Positions 36,901-50,188 of a stretch of 64,000 bases of DNA are shown piece after piece. How positions within the stretch are numbered: position 1 is the first letter of the stretch; the number at the start of each line of letters is the position of its first letter. Source of the DNA: Macrostomum lignano (Eukaryota); the NCBI GenBank assembly GCA_002269645.1, contig NIVC01000958.1, positions 248,001 through 312,000 on the forward strand. The letters are read 5' to 3'. The position numbers were made by a program, and so were the translations under genes. A model generated the notes under the pieces. That model saw only the letters and a list, made by a program, of their open reading frames with translations, was not told the origin of the DNA and did not search any database.

Positions 36901-39900
36901 TTTTGTGATATTTTTTAATACTTTTTTGACGCTCCAGGTCTTCCCCATGTGCACTTTCTGCTGTGGCTCGTGAGCGGTCAGCGAGTGACTCCGGACCGAT
37001 ACGATGACATCGTGTCTGCCGAGATTCCGGACCCAGAGCAGCAGCCTGTGCTGTATGAGCTGGTGAAGACGCACATGATCCATGGCCCCTGCGGCAAGGA
37101 GAATCCGGCGTGTCCTTGCATGGAGAATGGCGAATGCAGCAAGGGCTTTCCGAAAGAGTTCCAGCAGGTGACGCTGACCAGCGATACTGGCTACCCACTG
37201 TACCGCAGACTATCGCCTGAGATGGGCGGATTTACAGTGGACAAACTGTTCAAAGGCCGGAGCATTCGCATGGACAACAGGGAAGTTCAAACGCTAATAT
37301 ATTGCTTAGTTGTGCATTGCAGCTTTTGTTTCTGAAAGTTAATGATATTATTTTTTCATTAAAACAGGTGGGTCGTTCCGTACAGCCCTGACCTGTTGCT
37401 CCAGTTTGCGTGCCACTTGAACGTCGAAGTTTGCGCCACTGTGAAGTCGGTCAAGTACGTGATCAAGTACCTGTTAAAGGGTGGCGACATGGCGACGCTC
37501 AAAGTCGATGCCAATAGGAATTCTACTGAACCGAGAGAGCAGGCAGTGGGTGACCAGCAGCCGACGCAAACGACAGGAAATAAGCCGCGTGATGAGATTA
37601 AGGAGTACCTGTCCGCGCGCTACATTGGTCCAATGGAAGCCGTGAATACCATCTTGGGCTTTGAAGTAATTCGCATTCTAATTATTATTGGCTCATTTTA
37701 ACCAGAGCTGTGAAACCTCGTCATAGTATAAATTGAATTTCCATCGAAACTTAAAGGCTGTATATTTTCCTTCCACTTTCTGATCAGGTGCACAACAGGT
37801 TTCCGGCGGTCATCCGACTCTGCGTTCACAAGTCGGAAGAGCAGCTCGTGTATTTCAACGAGGGGACCGCAAGAGCAAAAGCGAGAACGCCGAAGGATTC
37901 GACGTTGACGGCATTTTTCAAGCTGTGCCGTATTGACGAATTTGCTGGGTCCTTGCTCTACACGGAGGTGCCGTCCTACTTTGTGTGGCACTCCAGCGAA
38001 AGAGAGTGGCGGCGGGCCAAGCAGGGTGTGCGAGTCGATGGCCATCCGGGTGTAGTGCGGAACAAAAACGTTGCACGCATGTACACGGTGAGTCCAAGAG
38101 CAGGTGATTTATTTTATGTTCGAATGCTCCTTTTGAATGTTAGGGGACCGACTAGCTTCGAGGCGCTGCAGACCGTGGACGGCGTTGTGCATCCGAGCGC
38201 CAAGGCTGCTTGCATGGCCCTTGGCCTGCTGCAGCGAGATGATCACTGGCGGCGGTGTCTAGCTGAGGCCGTTCAGTCAAGAATGCCAAGAGCCCTGAGA
38301 CATCTTCTGGCCGTAATTCTCATATGGGGTGAGCCTGAGGATGGCAGCGACCTCTGGTGCAGTTTTGCCGAGGATCTCAGCGAGGACCTGCGGTTCCACC
38401 ACCGAGACTTGAGCACCGAGGAGATTACTGACCTGGCGCTGCGTGAGCTTCAGAGCATGCTGATCTCCATGGGCGGGAGAAGCCTGCCAGAGTACGGCCT
38501 GCCTGCGGCCTCCGTGACACCTCAAGATGGACCAATGCAGTTTGATACGGTTGAGCAAGCACTGATTACTGAGGCGCGCTTACCAATGCTGACAGATGAG
38601 CAGAAAGCGGTGTACGAGTCCGTGACTCAGAATCTTGTGGACGGCACCAGCGGCTTGCACTTCCTGGACGCACCTGCTGGCACTGGCAAGACCTTCCTGC
38701 TAGAGGTTCTGCTAGCCTTCGTGCGCAGCCGGGGTGAAGTCGCCCTCGCCGTTGCGGCTTCTGGAATCGCAGCGACTCTTTGGCCAGGTGGACAGACGGC
38801 GCATTCAACGTGAGTAATTTATTGTCAATATTTCAAAAAGCAGTTGTAAATATTTCGTGTGCTGTAAATATGTTAGGCATGGTGAAACTATTTGTCTATG
38901 CCAGGTTCAAGATACCAATTCGGGCGATCCGTTCGAGCAAAGACGTGTGCGCTGTTGGAGCGCAGTCCAAACAGGCCGCTGTATTTCGGACAGTGCGTCT
39001 AATTGTCTGGGACGAGATTTCTATGACAAACCGGAAGGATTTGGAGGCCGTCGACCGGTGCTTGCGAGACGTGCGGAAGCAGGACGTGCCATTCGGCGGA
39101 GTGGTTTTCGTTTGCGCTGGGGACTTTCGCCAGCTGCTGCCCGTTGTGGTGGATGGGACTCGAGCCAACAGCGTCATGGCGTGTGTCAGCAGATCCCCAC
39201 TGTGGAAATTTTTCCGGCGGCATCGCCTTACAAGAAACATCCGATTGCTGAGCAGTTCCGATTCTGCAACGTATTTGAGATACACCGAGCTACTCAAGCA
39301 GGTAAGTTTGTTTTCATCAGTTTATTTATTGGAAGATTTAAGGATATTCGGTTTCTTTCGTGTTGAGAGCTCCATTTTAAAAATTGTGGCTTATTCAAGA
39401 ATGCCTAGCTTAAAGTCTGTCTAGCGTTTTAAATATTTGACTTTTAACTCCCCCAGATCGGATCCGGAACAATTGAGCACCCTCTGGTAAATAAACCAGA
39501 TAACACCACAAGATAATTTGCGAATCTTGTCAGATTCACTACCGATTTCCTTGTTTGAGTTGCGAAACTGGTGAAACCACCAGATTCGTCACCAGGTAAT
39601 TTTTTGTTTTCTTGTTTGACTGTTATCTGGTGAGTTATCTGAATTTCACCAGATAACATGGCCCGAATCTTGCTTAGAAATCAGATTACATGACAAGATT
39701 CGCCACCAGATAATTTTTTGTTTTCTTGTTTGACTGTTATCTGGTGAGTTATCTGAATTTCACCAGATAACATGGCCCGAATCTTGCTTAGAAATCAGAT
39801 TACATGACAAGATTCGCCACCAGATAATTTTTTGTTTTCTTGTTTGACTGTTATCTGGTGAGTTATCTGAATTTCACCAGATAACATGGCCCGAATCTTG

Positions 39901-42900
39901 CTTAGAAATCAGATTACATGACAAGATTTGCCACCAGATAATTTTTTGTTTTCTTGTTTGATTGAATCTTGTTTGAATCGGAATTTCACAGGATAACATG
40001 GTGCGAATCTTGTTTGAAAATCAGATAACAGTACAAGATTCGCCATCAGGTAATTTTTTGTTTTCTTGGTTGATTGAATCTTGTTTGGATCGGAATTTCA
40101 CAGGATAACATGGCGCAAATCTTGTTTGAAAGGCAGATAACAGTACAAGATTTAAATCAGGATAACTGTGCATTATCTAGTCTGTAAGAAACCTGTGTGA
40201 ATCTGAAATTTACCGGATAACAGGATGCAAATCTGGTTTGCAAACCAGATAATGGAAAAAGATTTCAATCAAGATGCCTTTGTGTTATCCGGTCTGTAAG
40301 AACCCGTTGTACTCGTACTTTTCACCCATAATTTTTTTCAGAATTTCGTGATCCAGGCCTAATTTAATTGATTTCCAAGTGAAGGCCCGGATCAGCATTT
40401 TTAGCCTGGAATAGCCCCTTTTTTCCGGAAATGTGATCCTGCAAAAGTTCGGCAAAAAGGAAAGCTGTTCCGGCTGCATTTTCCGAAAATTTTCACCTTG
40501 AACACTGCTAAATTCTAATTGTAGACCCAAATTTCAGGTTTTCCAAATGAAAATGTTCTGGATGAGATTTCAGGAGTTCAGTCGGAATTCCTCAGTGATC
40601 TAGACCAAGTGATTCGGCAAATCCACAGGGATCAGCTCCCATTGACTCGAATCTCGATGAAGTTATGGATAAGACTGGACTTCGCGTCTGTTGTGGCTCA
40701 AGGCAGCTCATAAGCTGACCTGCGATGGATAATCAATCCTCGCTTCTGTTGTGGCTCAAGGCAGCTCATAAGCTGACCTGCGATGGATAATCAATCCTCG
40801 CTTCTGTTGGGACTCAAGGCAGCTAATAGCTGACCTGCGATGGATAATCAATCCTCGCTTCTGTTGTGGCTCAAGGCAGCTCATAAGCTGACCTGCGATG
40901 GATAATCAATCCTCGCTTCTGTTGGGACTCAAGGCAGCTAATAGCTGACCTGCGATGGATAATCAATCCTCGCTTCTGTTGGGACTCAAGGCAGCTCATA
41001 AGCTGACCTGCGATGGATAATCAATCCTCGCTTCTGTTGTGGCTCAAGGCAGCTAATAGCTGACCTGCGATGGATAATCAATCCTCGCTTCTGTTGTGGC
41101 TCAAGGCAGCTGATATGCTGACCTGCGATGGATAATCAATCCTCGCTTCTGTTGGGACTCAAGGCAGCTGCTAAGCTGACCTGCGAGGGGTAAAGTGCCA
41201 TATATCAGCAAACGCTAGCGCTCGTAATGTGAGGCCGTGCCCACCCTCCCTGCAGGTGATAGCTTTGTTGGCTCTCCGACAAACTATTGCATTCTTATTG
41301 TGCTGGAGAGGTTTGACTCCCAATGGCATGTAGTCTGTCGCGGTTACTTAGTGTATCAGATTACCCTATTATCTGGTGCAGCTGGGTGTCTAGATGGAGC
41401 TGTGGCATGGTTCCAAAAGCTCCTACTGGCCCAGTTCTAAGGTAGCCTTTTTTAAGACAGACGTTATTCTAGCTCTTGCTAGAGCATGCTCCATTGGGTT
41501 GTCTAAAGCGTCTGCAGTGTTGGTGTATGGCCACCAGTGAGGGATAATTGAACCCCGCTTCAACCGATGAATCAAAGTTGAGCAGTTGACTGAAAATGCT
41601 GACCTACGAGGGGTAATCAAACCTCGCGTCTGTTGTGGCTCAAGGCAGCTGCTAAGAGTAGTCACTTTTATTTGACTACGCGGGTCAATCTTTAATCCGA
41701 GGGGTAATAAAGCCTCGAAATTGCAAGGTGAATTGATCTGCTTTTCGGAGGCACTGTAGCGTCCGTAATGTGAGGCTGTGCCCATCCTCCGTACAGGTGA
41801 CAATTGAAAAATTGTTGCGCCCTGTTTGTGTGCGAGAGGTTTGACTACCACTGGCATGCAGTCTGTCACAGCTGCTTAGTGTGTCAACGGGCTGAATGAT
41901 TCTATCGTCTTATTTGACGCTTAGAAGCATGAGTCAGCCAACCATATTGTTTGGCACAGCTGGGTGTCTAGACGGAGACTGTGGCATGGTTCCAAATAGC
42001 TCTAACTGGCCCAGTATGCAAAGCAGCTTTCCTATTAAGATAGACGCTAATCCGATTTTTTTCGGTGCATGCTCCATTGGTTTGTCTAAGGCGTTTGCAG
42101 TTGCACCAGCCGTGAGCAGAACAAGTCAAGAGAGTAGTCGTTACAGACTACGAGTGTCGGTAATCTTGTCGAGATTTAATAAATCCTCGAACAAGTCAAG
42201 AGAGTAGTCGTTACAGACCATGAGTGTCGGCAATCTTGTCAGCCACTTTTTCCGGAGGGTGTCACTGCTTCGAACGACGCAGTTGATGACGCCGTTGGAC
42301 GATCGTCCATCGCACTAGCGACATCTGCAACGCCAAGTCGGTTGGATATTACCGTTGGCACACGGGATTGCGAAAACAATCAGGTAAGAGTTTCCAGCGT
42401 AGTCGGCATTTCGTGGACGCAACGAAGCCAGCGCCGCGCGAGCCGGCGCATCAGATGATACACCATTCACTTTGTCTCCGGTCTACGAGCAGCCGATCAA
42501 CGAAAGCCAGTTGATTCCGGACGACGACTATGCTACGAATGACAATTCTATCGACGTATGTTCTATCACCTGTATGTACATTACTGTTTCTTTATAACTG
42601 TGTATATTTTGGAGAAACTGCCTTCCATCGCCATTTAATTTAACTTTAATATTGCAGAGTCGTTCCATTGCGCCGGCATATAATGCAAGCCCCCGTCAGT
42701 GGTCTCATTAATCGCCTTCCACGCGCGCGACCCGATCTTTCAAACGTCTGGCTCACGCATCGACTGCCATCAGAGTCGCGTCCGAGTACAGCAGGTCCGA
42801 CCTGCGACTCAGCACCAGCTCGCAGCAGATCACCAATTCAGTAGTATCAATTAGTATCCACAGTATAAGTAGGTCTACTTATAACTGGACTGTCGAAACT

Positions 42901-44547
42901 CATACGTATGCCACGCTGTTCTCCAGAAGTTTTCGTTCCTGTTGAGCTTGTTCCTGTTCCTTGTTTAGTTTGTATAAGGCGCTCACAAAGTACAACCCGC
43001 TGTTAAATATAGAGAGGCTACTCATAAAATCTTGAATCACCAACTTCTTATACGCATCTTTACTGCGAAATTTGATGTCAATGCCTTCCGGCTTCTTTCA
43101 CATGAATTACCCGACTGTTACCTGGTCAGCGAATCCTGTTTGCCAGACAGGATAACAAACAAGATAACAAACAGGATAACACGATGTTTCCCTGCAGGAT
43201 TCGCACGAATTATCCGGCTGTTACCTGGTCAGCGAATCCTGTTTGCCAGACAGGATAACAAACAAGATAACAAACAGGATAACACGATGTTTCCCTGCAG
43301 GATTCGCATGAATTACCCGACTGTTACCTGGTCAGCGAATCCTGTTTGTCAGACAGGATAACAAACAAGATAACAAACAGGATAACACGATGTTTCCCTG
43401 CAGGATTCGCACGAATTATCCGGCTGTTACCTGGTCAGCGAATCCTGTTTGCCAGACAGGATAACAAACAAGATAACAAACAGGATAACACGATGTTTCC
43501 CTGCAGGATTCGCATGAATTATCCGGCTGTTACCTGGTCAGCGAATCCTGTTTGCCAGACAGGATAACAAACAAGATAACAAACAGGATAACACGATGTT
43601 TCCCTGCAGGATTCGCATGAATTACCCGACTGTTATCTGGTCAGCAAATCCTTTTTGAATCTTGTTTGAAACAAGGAAACGTAAGATTTCGTCACGCAAA
43701 CAAGATTCATACAAGATAACATTTTGCATAACCGGAATAGGGCATGTTATCTTGTTTGAGCGAATGTTATCTTGTGGTGTTATCTGGTTTATTTACCAGA
43801 GGGCAGGATGCAGAGGAGAAAGTGTCTCTTCCTGCTGAGATCATCATTTCTGCGGAGGCGCCGCTCAATGATCTGATAAATTTTGTGTACCCATCGTTTG
43901 AGGCGTCAGTGGAGAGGGACGGCTACTTTGCAAGCCGAGCGATCCTGGCGCCGTACAATGACTCAGTGGATGCCATCAACGAGACGTGCCTGGGCATGTT
44001 TCCCGGCAGCCTGCGGGAGTACCGCTCAATAGACAGTGTGGCCGATGAGGATGCCGCTACGCACTTCCCGCCTGAGTTGCTCAACCAGCTGGATGCCCCG
44101 AACTTTCCGATTCACTTGCTGAGGCTAAAAGTGGGTATGCCAGTAGTTCTTCTCAGGAACATCAACCCGCCACGATTGTGCAATGGTACGCGGCTCATCA
44201 TACTCGCAATGGGCGAGAACGTGCTTAGATGCAAGATTGCCGCCGGCCAGTTCACGGGAGACGAGATTCTTCTGCCGCGAATCCCGCTGATTCCTAGCAA
44301 TGCGGACCTCCCCGTCAGTTTTAAGCGGCTGCAGTTCCCTGTGAAGCCGAGTTTCTGCCTGACGATCCACAAGTCGCAGGGACAGTCTCTGGACACAGTT
44401 GGCATTGACCTGTCAGTCGGTTGCTTCACGCATGGCCAGCTGTACACGGCGCTGTCACGAGCAAAGAACGCGGCAAATGTTCGCGTCCGGATTCCGGGAA
44501 CAAGGACCAGAAACGTTGTGTTTCCAGAAGTTCTCACTGAAGAGTAA
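33934..44547 (+). CDS. Helitron RepHel: STPR-like repeats, OTU protease, HUH Rep, PIF1 helicase (interrupted)
   Basis: Exons 33934-34412, 34699-35229, 35378-35962, 36064-36833, 36938-37280, 37368-37665, 37788-38809, 38905-39301, 39457-39479+43806-44547 total 5190 nt in frame. Motifs GDGNC...HEHY, PDLFVTATCNPKW, EYQKRGLPHVH, KYVIKYLLKG, DAPAGTGKT, WDEISM, GDFRQLLP, TIHKSQGQS, GQLYTALSR. Confidence 0.92.
39480..43803. mobile_element. Non-autonomous CMC/EnSpm-like TIR element inserted in the helicase exon
   Basis: TIR CCCTCTGGTAAATAAACCAGATAACACCACAAGATAA at both ends; 2-bp TSD CA. Subterminal tandem repeats of 114 bp (left) and 103 bp (right) rich in AGATAAC. Removal restores IGSGTIEQDAEEKVSLP. 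Superfamily is inferred from termini only. Confidence 0.85.
40682..41185. repeat. 57-58-bp minisatellite inside the EnSpm-like element
   Basis: GCTGACCTGCGATGGATAATCAATCCTCGCTTCTGTTG(T/G)G(G/A)CTCAAGGCAGCT... about 8 copies. Confidence 0.93.
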
Positions 44548-45684
44548 TTTATTTATCGCAAAAAATGAGGGGTGAGCAATAATTTTCCTTATGCAAAAGG
44601 CTAGAAATTATATTCATTTATTTTTAAGGAAAAATAGAATAATTATTTCCCCATATCTCTTAAGTAATAGCTCTCATTCTCTAAAGCAATAGCTGTCAAT
44701 AGCTCTCATTCCTAAAAGAATCGCAGGAAACTTATTGCCCCAACCTCATTTCTAACGAAGCGTAGATATTGCATGGCAGTGAGTACGAGCTAATAGCTGA
44801 TGAACTTTATGTTGAAGCTCAATTAGGCTTATTTTATTCATTGTATTAATTTTTACAGTCAATTTGCACTTTACAGTTAATTTGTATTTTAAGGCAATTT
44901 CATATTAGCCGAAAGTAACTTTTGAAACAAACCTTCTTTTGCACTGCTTTTAATGAATTCAATCTTTGATGAGCAGTTAATTTTGTCTTTTATTTTTCAC
45001 CTGAAATTTCATTATAATTCGTGTAAAAACTTTACTTATTTTATATCGCAAATTTATGCAAAAGACGAAACAATTTTGTTTTTAGTTTTCCAAGGTTCGC
45101 AAAAACTTAACATCAGAGTGAATTTTAGTATATGGATTTTTACGCAAACTACGAGTGACAGTCTTTTTTTCAAAAATCAAAAATATCTCAAGTCACCTGT
45201 AACTGTAAGCTTATAAAAAACGATTTGCATCAACTTGCGACGTGGCCTTCGTCTTCCATATATTGAAAGTTGAATAATATACGAAACTCACAAGATGTCA
45301 ATTTTAACTAAGGCGAAGGCCCTGAATGAAGCTTTTGTCTTACTTCATTTCTTAATCTTTGGCGAAACAAATATGAATAGTCTGTGGCAAAGCGCAAAGG
45401 CTAAGGAAATAGAGCCGAACTGATTGTTTTGACTATGGATTTGAGGGCAGGAATGAGCGAATCCGAGGGCTGCGACTATAGACTAACGTAGAGTATTAAA
45501 GGAACTCATCTGGTCACATGCAGCCATTGCACACGCTATGTATACGTGACATATCGGTTGTACTTTTAATGCATTGTTCATAAGTTTCACTTTGTACTTT
45601 TCAAGTTTATTCGCGAAAAAATACAAAAAATTCTTGCGTTACAAACGTCAAAAACGTTTAACAAAACGTTTAACAAACGTTAAA

Positions 45685-46450
45685 AATTAAAGAGCCACCA
45701 TGTCTAACATTAAAGAGCCACCATGTCAAACATCAAAGAGCCACCATGCCAAACATTAAAGAGCCACCATGTCAAACATAATAGGACCAACATGTCAAAC
45801 ATTAAAGAGCCACAATGTCAAGCATAAAAGGACCACCATATCGAACATTAAAGAGCCACCATGTCAAAAATAAAAAAGCCACCATGTAGAACATTAAAGA
45901 GCCATTATGTCAAACATAAAAGAGCCACCATGTCAAACATTAAAGAGCCACCATGTCAAACATAAAAGGACCAACATGTCAAACATTTAAGAGCCACCAT
46001 GTGAAGCATAAAAGGACCACCATGTGTCGAGCATTAAAGAGCCACCATGTCTAACATTAAAGAGCCACCATGTCTAACATTAAAGAGCCACCATGTCTAA
46101 CATTAAAGAGCCACCATGTCTAACATTAAAGAGCCACCATGTCTAACATTAAAGAGCCATCATTACATTGAGGTGCCACCAGGTCAAACATTAAAGAGCC
46201 ACCATGTCAATCATAAAAGAGCCACCATGTCCAACATATATGTGACTCCATGTCAAACATTAAATAGCCACCATGTCTAACATTAAAGAGCCACCATGTC
46301 GAACATTAAAGAGCCACCATGTCAAACATTAAAGAGCCACCATGTCGAACATTAAAGAGCCATCATGTCAAACACTAAAGAGCCACTATGTCAAACATAA
46401 AAGAGCCACCATGTCAAACATAAAAGAGCCACCATGTCAAACATAAAAGA
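45685..46450. repeat. ~21-bp satellite inside Helitron unit 2
   Basis: Same family as 30190-32150. Confidence 0.95.
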
Positions 46451-46544
46451 TACACAATTTCAAACGTAAAAGTAAGCGTCATGCCAATTTTAAAGGAGCC
46501 ACTATAGAGCTAAGGAAATTGCAGCACTAGCTACTTATTGTCTG

Positions 46545-46810
46545 GTGGATGCTTACTATTTGGGGATGCTTGCTATCTGGGGGATGCTTGCAATCTGGGG
46601 GATGCTTGCTATCTGGGGGATGCTTGCTATCTGGGGGATGCTTGCTATCTGGGGGATGCTTGCTATCTGGTGGATGCTTGCAATCTGGGGGATGCTTGCT
46701 ATCTGGGGATGCTTGCTATCTGGGGGATGCTTGCTATCTGGGGGATGCTTGCTATCTGGGGGATGCTTGCTATCTGGGGGATGCTTGCAATCTGGGGGAT
46801 GCTTGCTGTC
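46545..46810. repeat. 18-bp minisatellite ATGCTTGCTATCTGGGGG inside Helitron unit 2
   Basis: Homologous to 32290-32505. Confidence 0.93.
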
Positions 46811-47329
46811 TTGGGATGATTTCTTTTTGCATTACACTTTATTTGAGCAGTTTGTCTGTTGTCTTTGTGAAGGCTTTATTTGGCTGTCTTTTTGTTACTT
46901 GTAGAGAACAGAGATTCTATACAGATGTCCCCCAACGGGGGGCGAAGATTGCTAGTCTAGATAACTAACTGGAAGCGAAGGCTTTTTTGGGGGGCGGACA
47001 CAACCGGGCCGAGTGGGAGCCTGCATGTTTTCTGGCTGCCTTATTCAACACAAATGTTTTCACTAATAATTGGCTGCTGTTATTAAGAGTAATATTTAAT
47101 TCTTTAAGTTTATTTTTTTAATTAACAAGTCAGTGCTTATTAAGAATCTCTAAAGGTATTTGTGACATATCTTAACAAAACTAATATTTTTGCAAAGCCG
47201 CAAAGTAAACACATAGGATCAGTAAAAAATCATAGTATGAACATAAATTAGCTGCTTAATCTAATCTATGAAGAAGATGCATCGCGGTACCATCGCCACT
47301 GCATCGCGGTACTTTCCGGCGATCGATTT

Positions 47330-48110
47330 CACCTGATGCATCGCGGTCAAACTCGACGATTTCGTCGAGTCTCTTCCTGCCGACCGTCGAACGCGCCCAG
47401 CGCCAGCTGGACCAGCTTGTGAGCGTTGCTGCGAGCGTCGGCCTGGGGGTCAACACGCAGAAGACCGTCGTGCTTCGAATACCGAGACGCTGACAGGCAG
47501 GTGTCGAAGCTTCCGCACTGTCAGCAGTTCGTCTGCCTCGGCGGTCTGCAGACCATGGTGCTTGATGTTCCAGAGGACCTAGCACGTCGCCGTGGACTTG
47601 CTTGGGTTGCCTTCCGTTTCGTGAGGGCTGTCCTGCAGTCCGAGGCCCTGCCTGACCGCCAGAGGGCGGCGTTGTTCAAGGCGGTGATCGAGACCGTCCT
47701 GTTGTACAACACCGAGACCTGGACACTGACGGATTCGCTCGAACAGCAGGTCAATGCGGCGCACGCTGGCCTGTCTTTAAGATCGGCTGCGAGCACGTCA
47801 CCAATGCGGGCTCTATCGCCGCACTGGCCTGTCCCTTCCCAGCAAACTTTTGCGCCGTCCACGACTCCAGCTGGCAGGCCACATCATCCGAGCCGAGTCC
47901 TAAAGTCCACAGCCGGTGCAGGAAGTGCTGCTGCTGTCGCTGCAGGCACCCTACCGGCGGGGACAGGCGCGCAGTCTGTGTTTCGTCGACTTCTTGCCGG
48001 CTAATGCCGGCGCCCCGGACTCTGCCGGCGGTGCGGCCGGCGGTTCGCGCCCAGGCCCTGAAACGTGTGACGTTGTCCTTGTCTCTCATGACCATGACTC
48101 GCTGGAATGG
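47330..48110 (+). mobile_element. Degenerate RTE-like LINE 3' fragment
   Basis: AQRQLDQLVSVAASVGLGVNTQKTVVL...DLARRRGLAWVAF...LFKAVIETVLLYNTETWTLT, with frameshifts. Confidence 0.75.
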
Positions 48111-48196
48111 CTGACAGCGCATTTTGTTGTTGTATGGAGGGCACACCGGCACACCATCATTCCTTATTCAGAGTGTCGCTGTTTCTCCTGCGCTCA

Positions 48197-48445
48197 CTAA
48201 GAATCTTGTGACGTTGTGTGAAAATCGGTGGCAATAAAGTGCAACAGTTGAGATTCTGTCCTGGGTTGGTAGTTTACCCTTCGAATTCGTTGCGACCATT
48301 CTTCAAATAGTTGAAAATCATGCAAAGGAAACACATGAGAAAATATTTTGCTTTCTGCTCCTGAAGATTGAACCGCTGGATTTTTATTTGTAGTTGCATA
48401 TCCAGATCCAGACCTGTAGTTGTAAGCTGCGCATTTATAAACCAT
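48197..48445 (-). pseudogene. THAP zinc-finger remnant of a P-like transposase
   Basis: MVYKCAAYNYRSG...FSHVFP...EEWSQRIRR.NYQP...SQLLHF...DF fits the THAP layout, but two Zn-ligand Cys appear lost. Confidence 0.75.
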
Positions 48446-49489
48446 TCTTTTTCTCTGACTATAGTCTCTGATATAGCATGTATCATATCGAATCTTTATA
48501 AATTTTTCATTTAGGGTGAAGTGGAGAAGGCATCCTCAAAAGCATGCGAGCAAATGTACACCCAATGTGCATGCGTTCAGCTTTCAAGTGGGGGGGCCTG
48601 TTACCCCGTGTGCATCACAGACAAAAAAACAGCACTGATTTACCGGGGATCTTCCTTCCCCTCCGAAGGGTTTTTCTCCTGTCTAGGACAAAAAACTTCC
48701 AAGCCTTGTGAAGAGCCTGCCCACCTCAAACCTCGCTTAGTCAGTGGGACTGAGATAGGGAAAGGCAGGCCGTTTAAACAAGCTAAAATGACTCGGCCCG
48801 GTTGTGTCCGCTTTCGACCCACGAAAAAGTGAGCCTTCTCTTCCAGTTAGTTATCTAGAATTCTATGGGTGGTTGAATTATAGGAGTGCAGGTGTATGCG
48901 TGCGCACAGTTGCCGCCCTGTACCATACTATTGTACGTAGCATGCGAGGAAAGAGAAGCAGAGGACGCACGCTCGATCTGTATCGTGCATGCGCTTTCAG
49001 ACCAAGCATGCACTGTTCATTATATGCCGCATAATGTCAGTGCTGTGCAAAAAGGGGACTTTAGTTTACCGAGAACTTGGAGTTCTTTATTTTTTGTTCT
49101 TTCTAAAGGTAGTGAAATAAAAAAATTACATGCATAAAGATCCCACAAATAGTTCGTAAATAATAATAGCCTGCCGTTCAGCTCAAAGCAGTCAACTGCA
49201 GGGAATAAAATAAAAATTACAAGCATGTGACATTGGCTCTGGCGGATGTCCTTATTGTCGAAGTTAAGAGACTAAAATTTTCTTTATGGGTTCTATCGGG
49301 ATTCACAAGGTTTTTCAAAATGTATTTATGATTTCTTCTTTTAGTTTACTTCAACAACGAGCAGTGCGAGCTAAAAGTACTGTGGTGCAGAAACAGCTTG
49401 AGTATTAGTTTCATAGCTCTCATTTAGTCTTTTTTGGTGGAAAACTTTAGCTAGAACTTTAGGATATGTTCCACATTATCTCGATTCTG

Positions 49490-49955
49490 CATTCCCCAGA
49501 TTTTAGCTCGTACATTCCCCCAGATTTTACGTTCCCGCAGCTTTCACATTCCTAAGAGTTGCATTTCCCAGATTTCACATTTCCCAGATTTCACATTTCC
49601 CAGATTTCACTTTCCCCAACTTTTACATTCCACGAATTTTGCACCCCCCAGATTTCACATTCCCTAGATTTTGCTTTTCTCCATATTTCACATTCCTAAG
49701 ATTTGCATTTCCCAGATTTCACATTCCCCAACTTTTACATTCCCCCAATTCTACATTTCCCAGATTTCACTTTCCCCAAATTTTACATTCCACGAATTTT
49801 GCACCCCCAGCTTTCACATTCCCCAGATTTTGCTCTTCTCCATGTTTCACATTCCCAGATTTTGCATTCCTTCATATTTTACATTCCTAAGATTTCAAAT
49901 TCCTAAGATTTTACATTCCACAGATCTTAGATTCCCCAAATTATACATTCCCAGA
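49490..49955. repeat. Degenerate TTCACATTCCCCAGAT satellite
   Basis: Lies at the homologous position in the duplicated module. Confidence 0.85.
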
Positions 49956-50188
49956 TTTCCCGGCGTCGCAAGTAAACAACAAGGATACGCTGTCAGAGTC
50001 CTTTGACGGTAGCGGCACAAGTCGCAAAGGAAGGCCACGTCGCCGACCGAATCCGGGTCGCCAACGTCAGCCAGCAGGCTGGAGACAAGGCGCGAACCCG
50101 CGATACGTGGCCTGCCTGCTTGTGCCAGCTGGACGCCGCCCTCACTCCATGTACGCAGGCCAAACCCAGAGCTATTTTTAGCAACACA

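Larger units (their letters stand above)
32653..46955 (+). mobile_element. Autonomous-type Helitron (unit 2)
   Basis: 5' TCCTATATACTAAAAATG; 3' CCCCC-AAC-GGGGG hairpin and CTAG at 46952-46955; encodes RepHel. Confidence 0.92.
29589..48867 (-). mobile_element. Non-autonomous THAP/P-like DNA element carrying nested insertions
   Basis: Left TIR CATAGAAT (29589-29596) + TCTAGATAACTAACTGGAAG (46956 onward) matches the reverse complement of the right end (48840-48867) over 28 bp. CANRG terminus and THAP remnant inside. Flanks do not form a TSD. Confidence 0.72.

Noticed and set aside
40682-41185. CRISPR-like regular array
   Set aside because: The whole 58-bp unit repeats with no unique spacers and there are no cas genes; the context is eukaryotic.
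42240-42900. Transposase remnant inside the EnSpm-like element
   Set aside because: It is GC-rich and exon-like but shows no recognisable motif in the frame I read.
39487-43799. Ordinary 4.3-kb intron in RepHel
   Set aside because: 37-bp TIRs and a CA TSD show a transposon insertion, and precise removal restores the frame.
35392-44537. Minus-strand ORFs overlapping RepHel and plus-strand ORFs overlapping the receptor genes
   Set aside because: They are antisense shadows of GC-rich coding exons.
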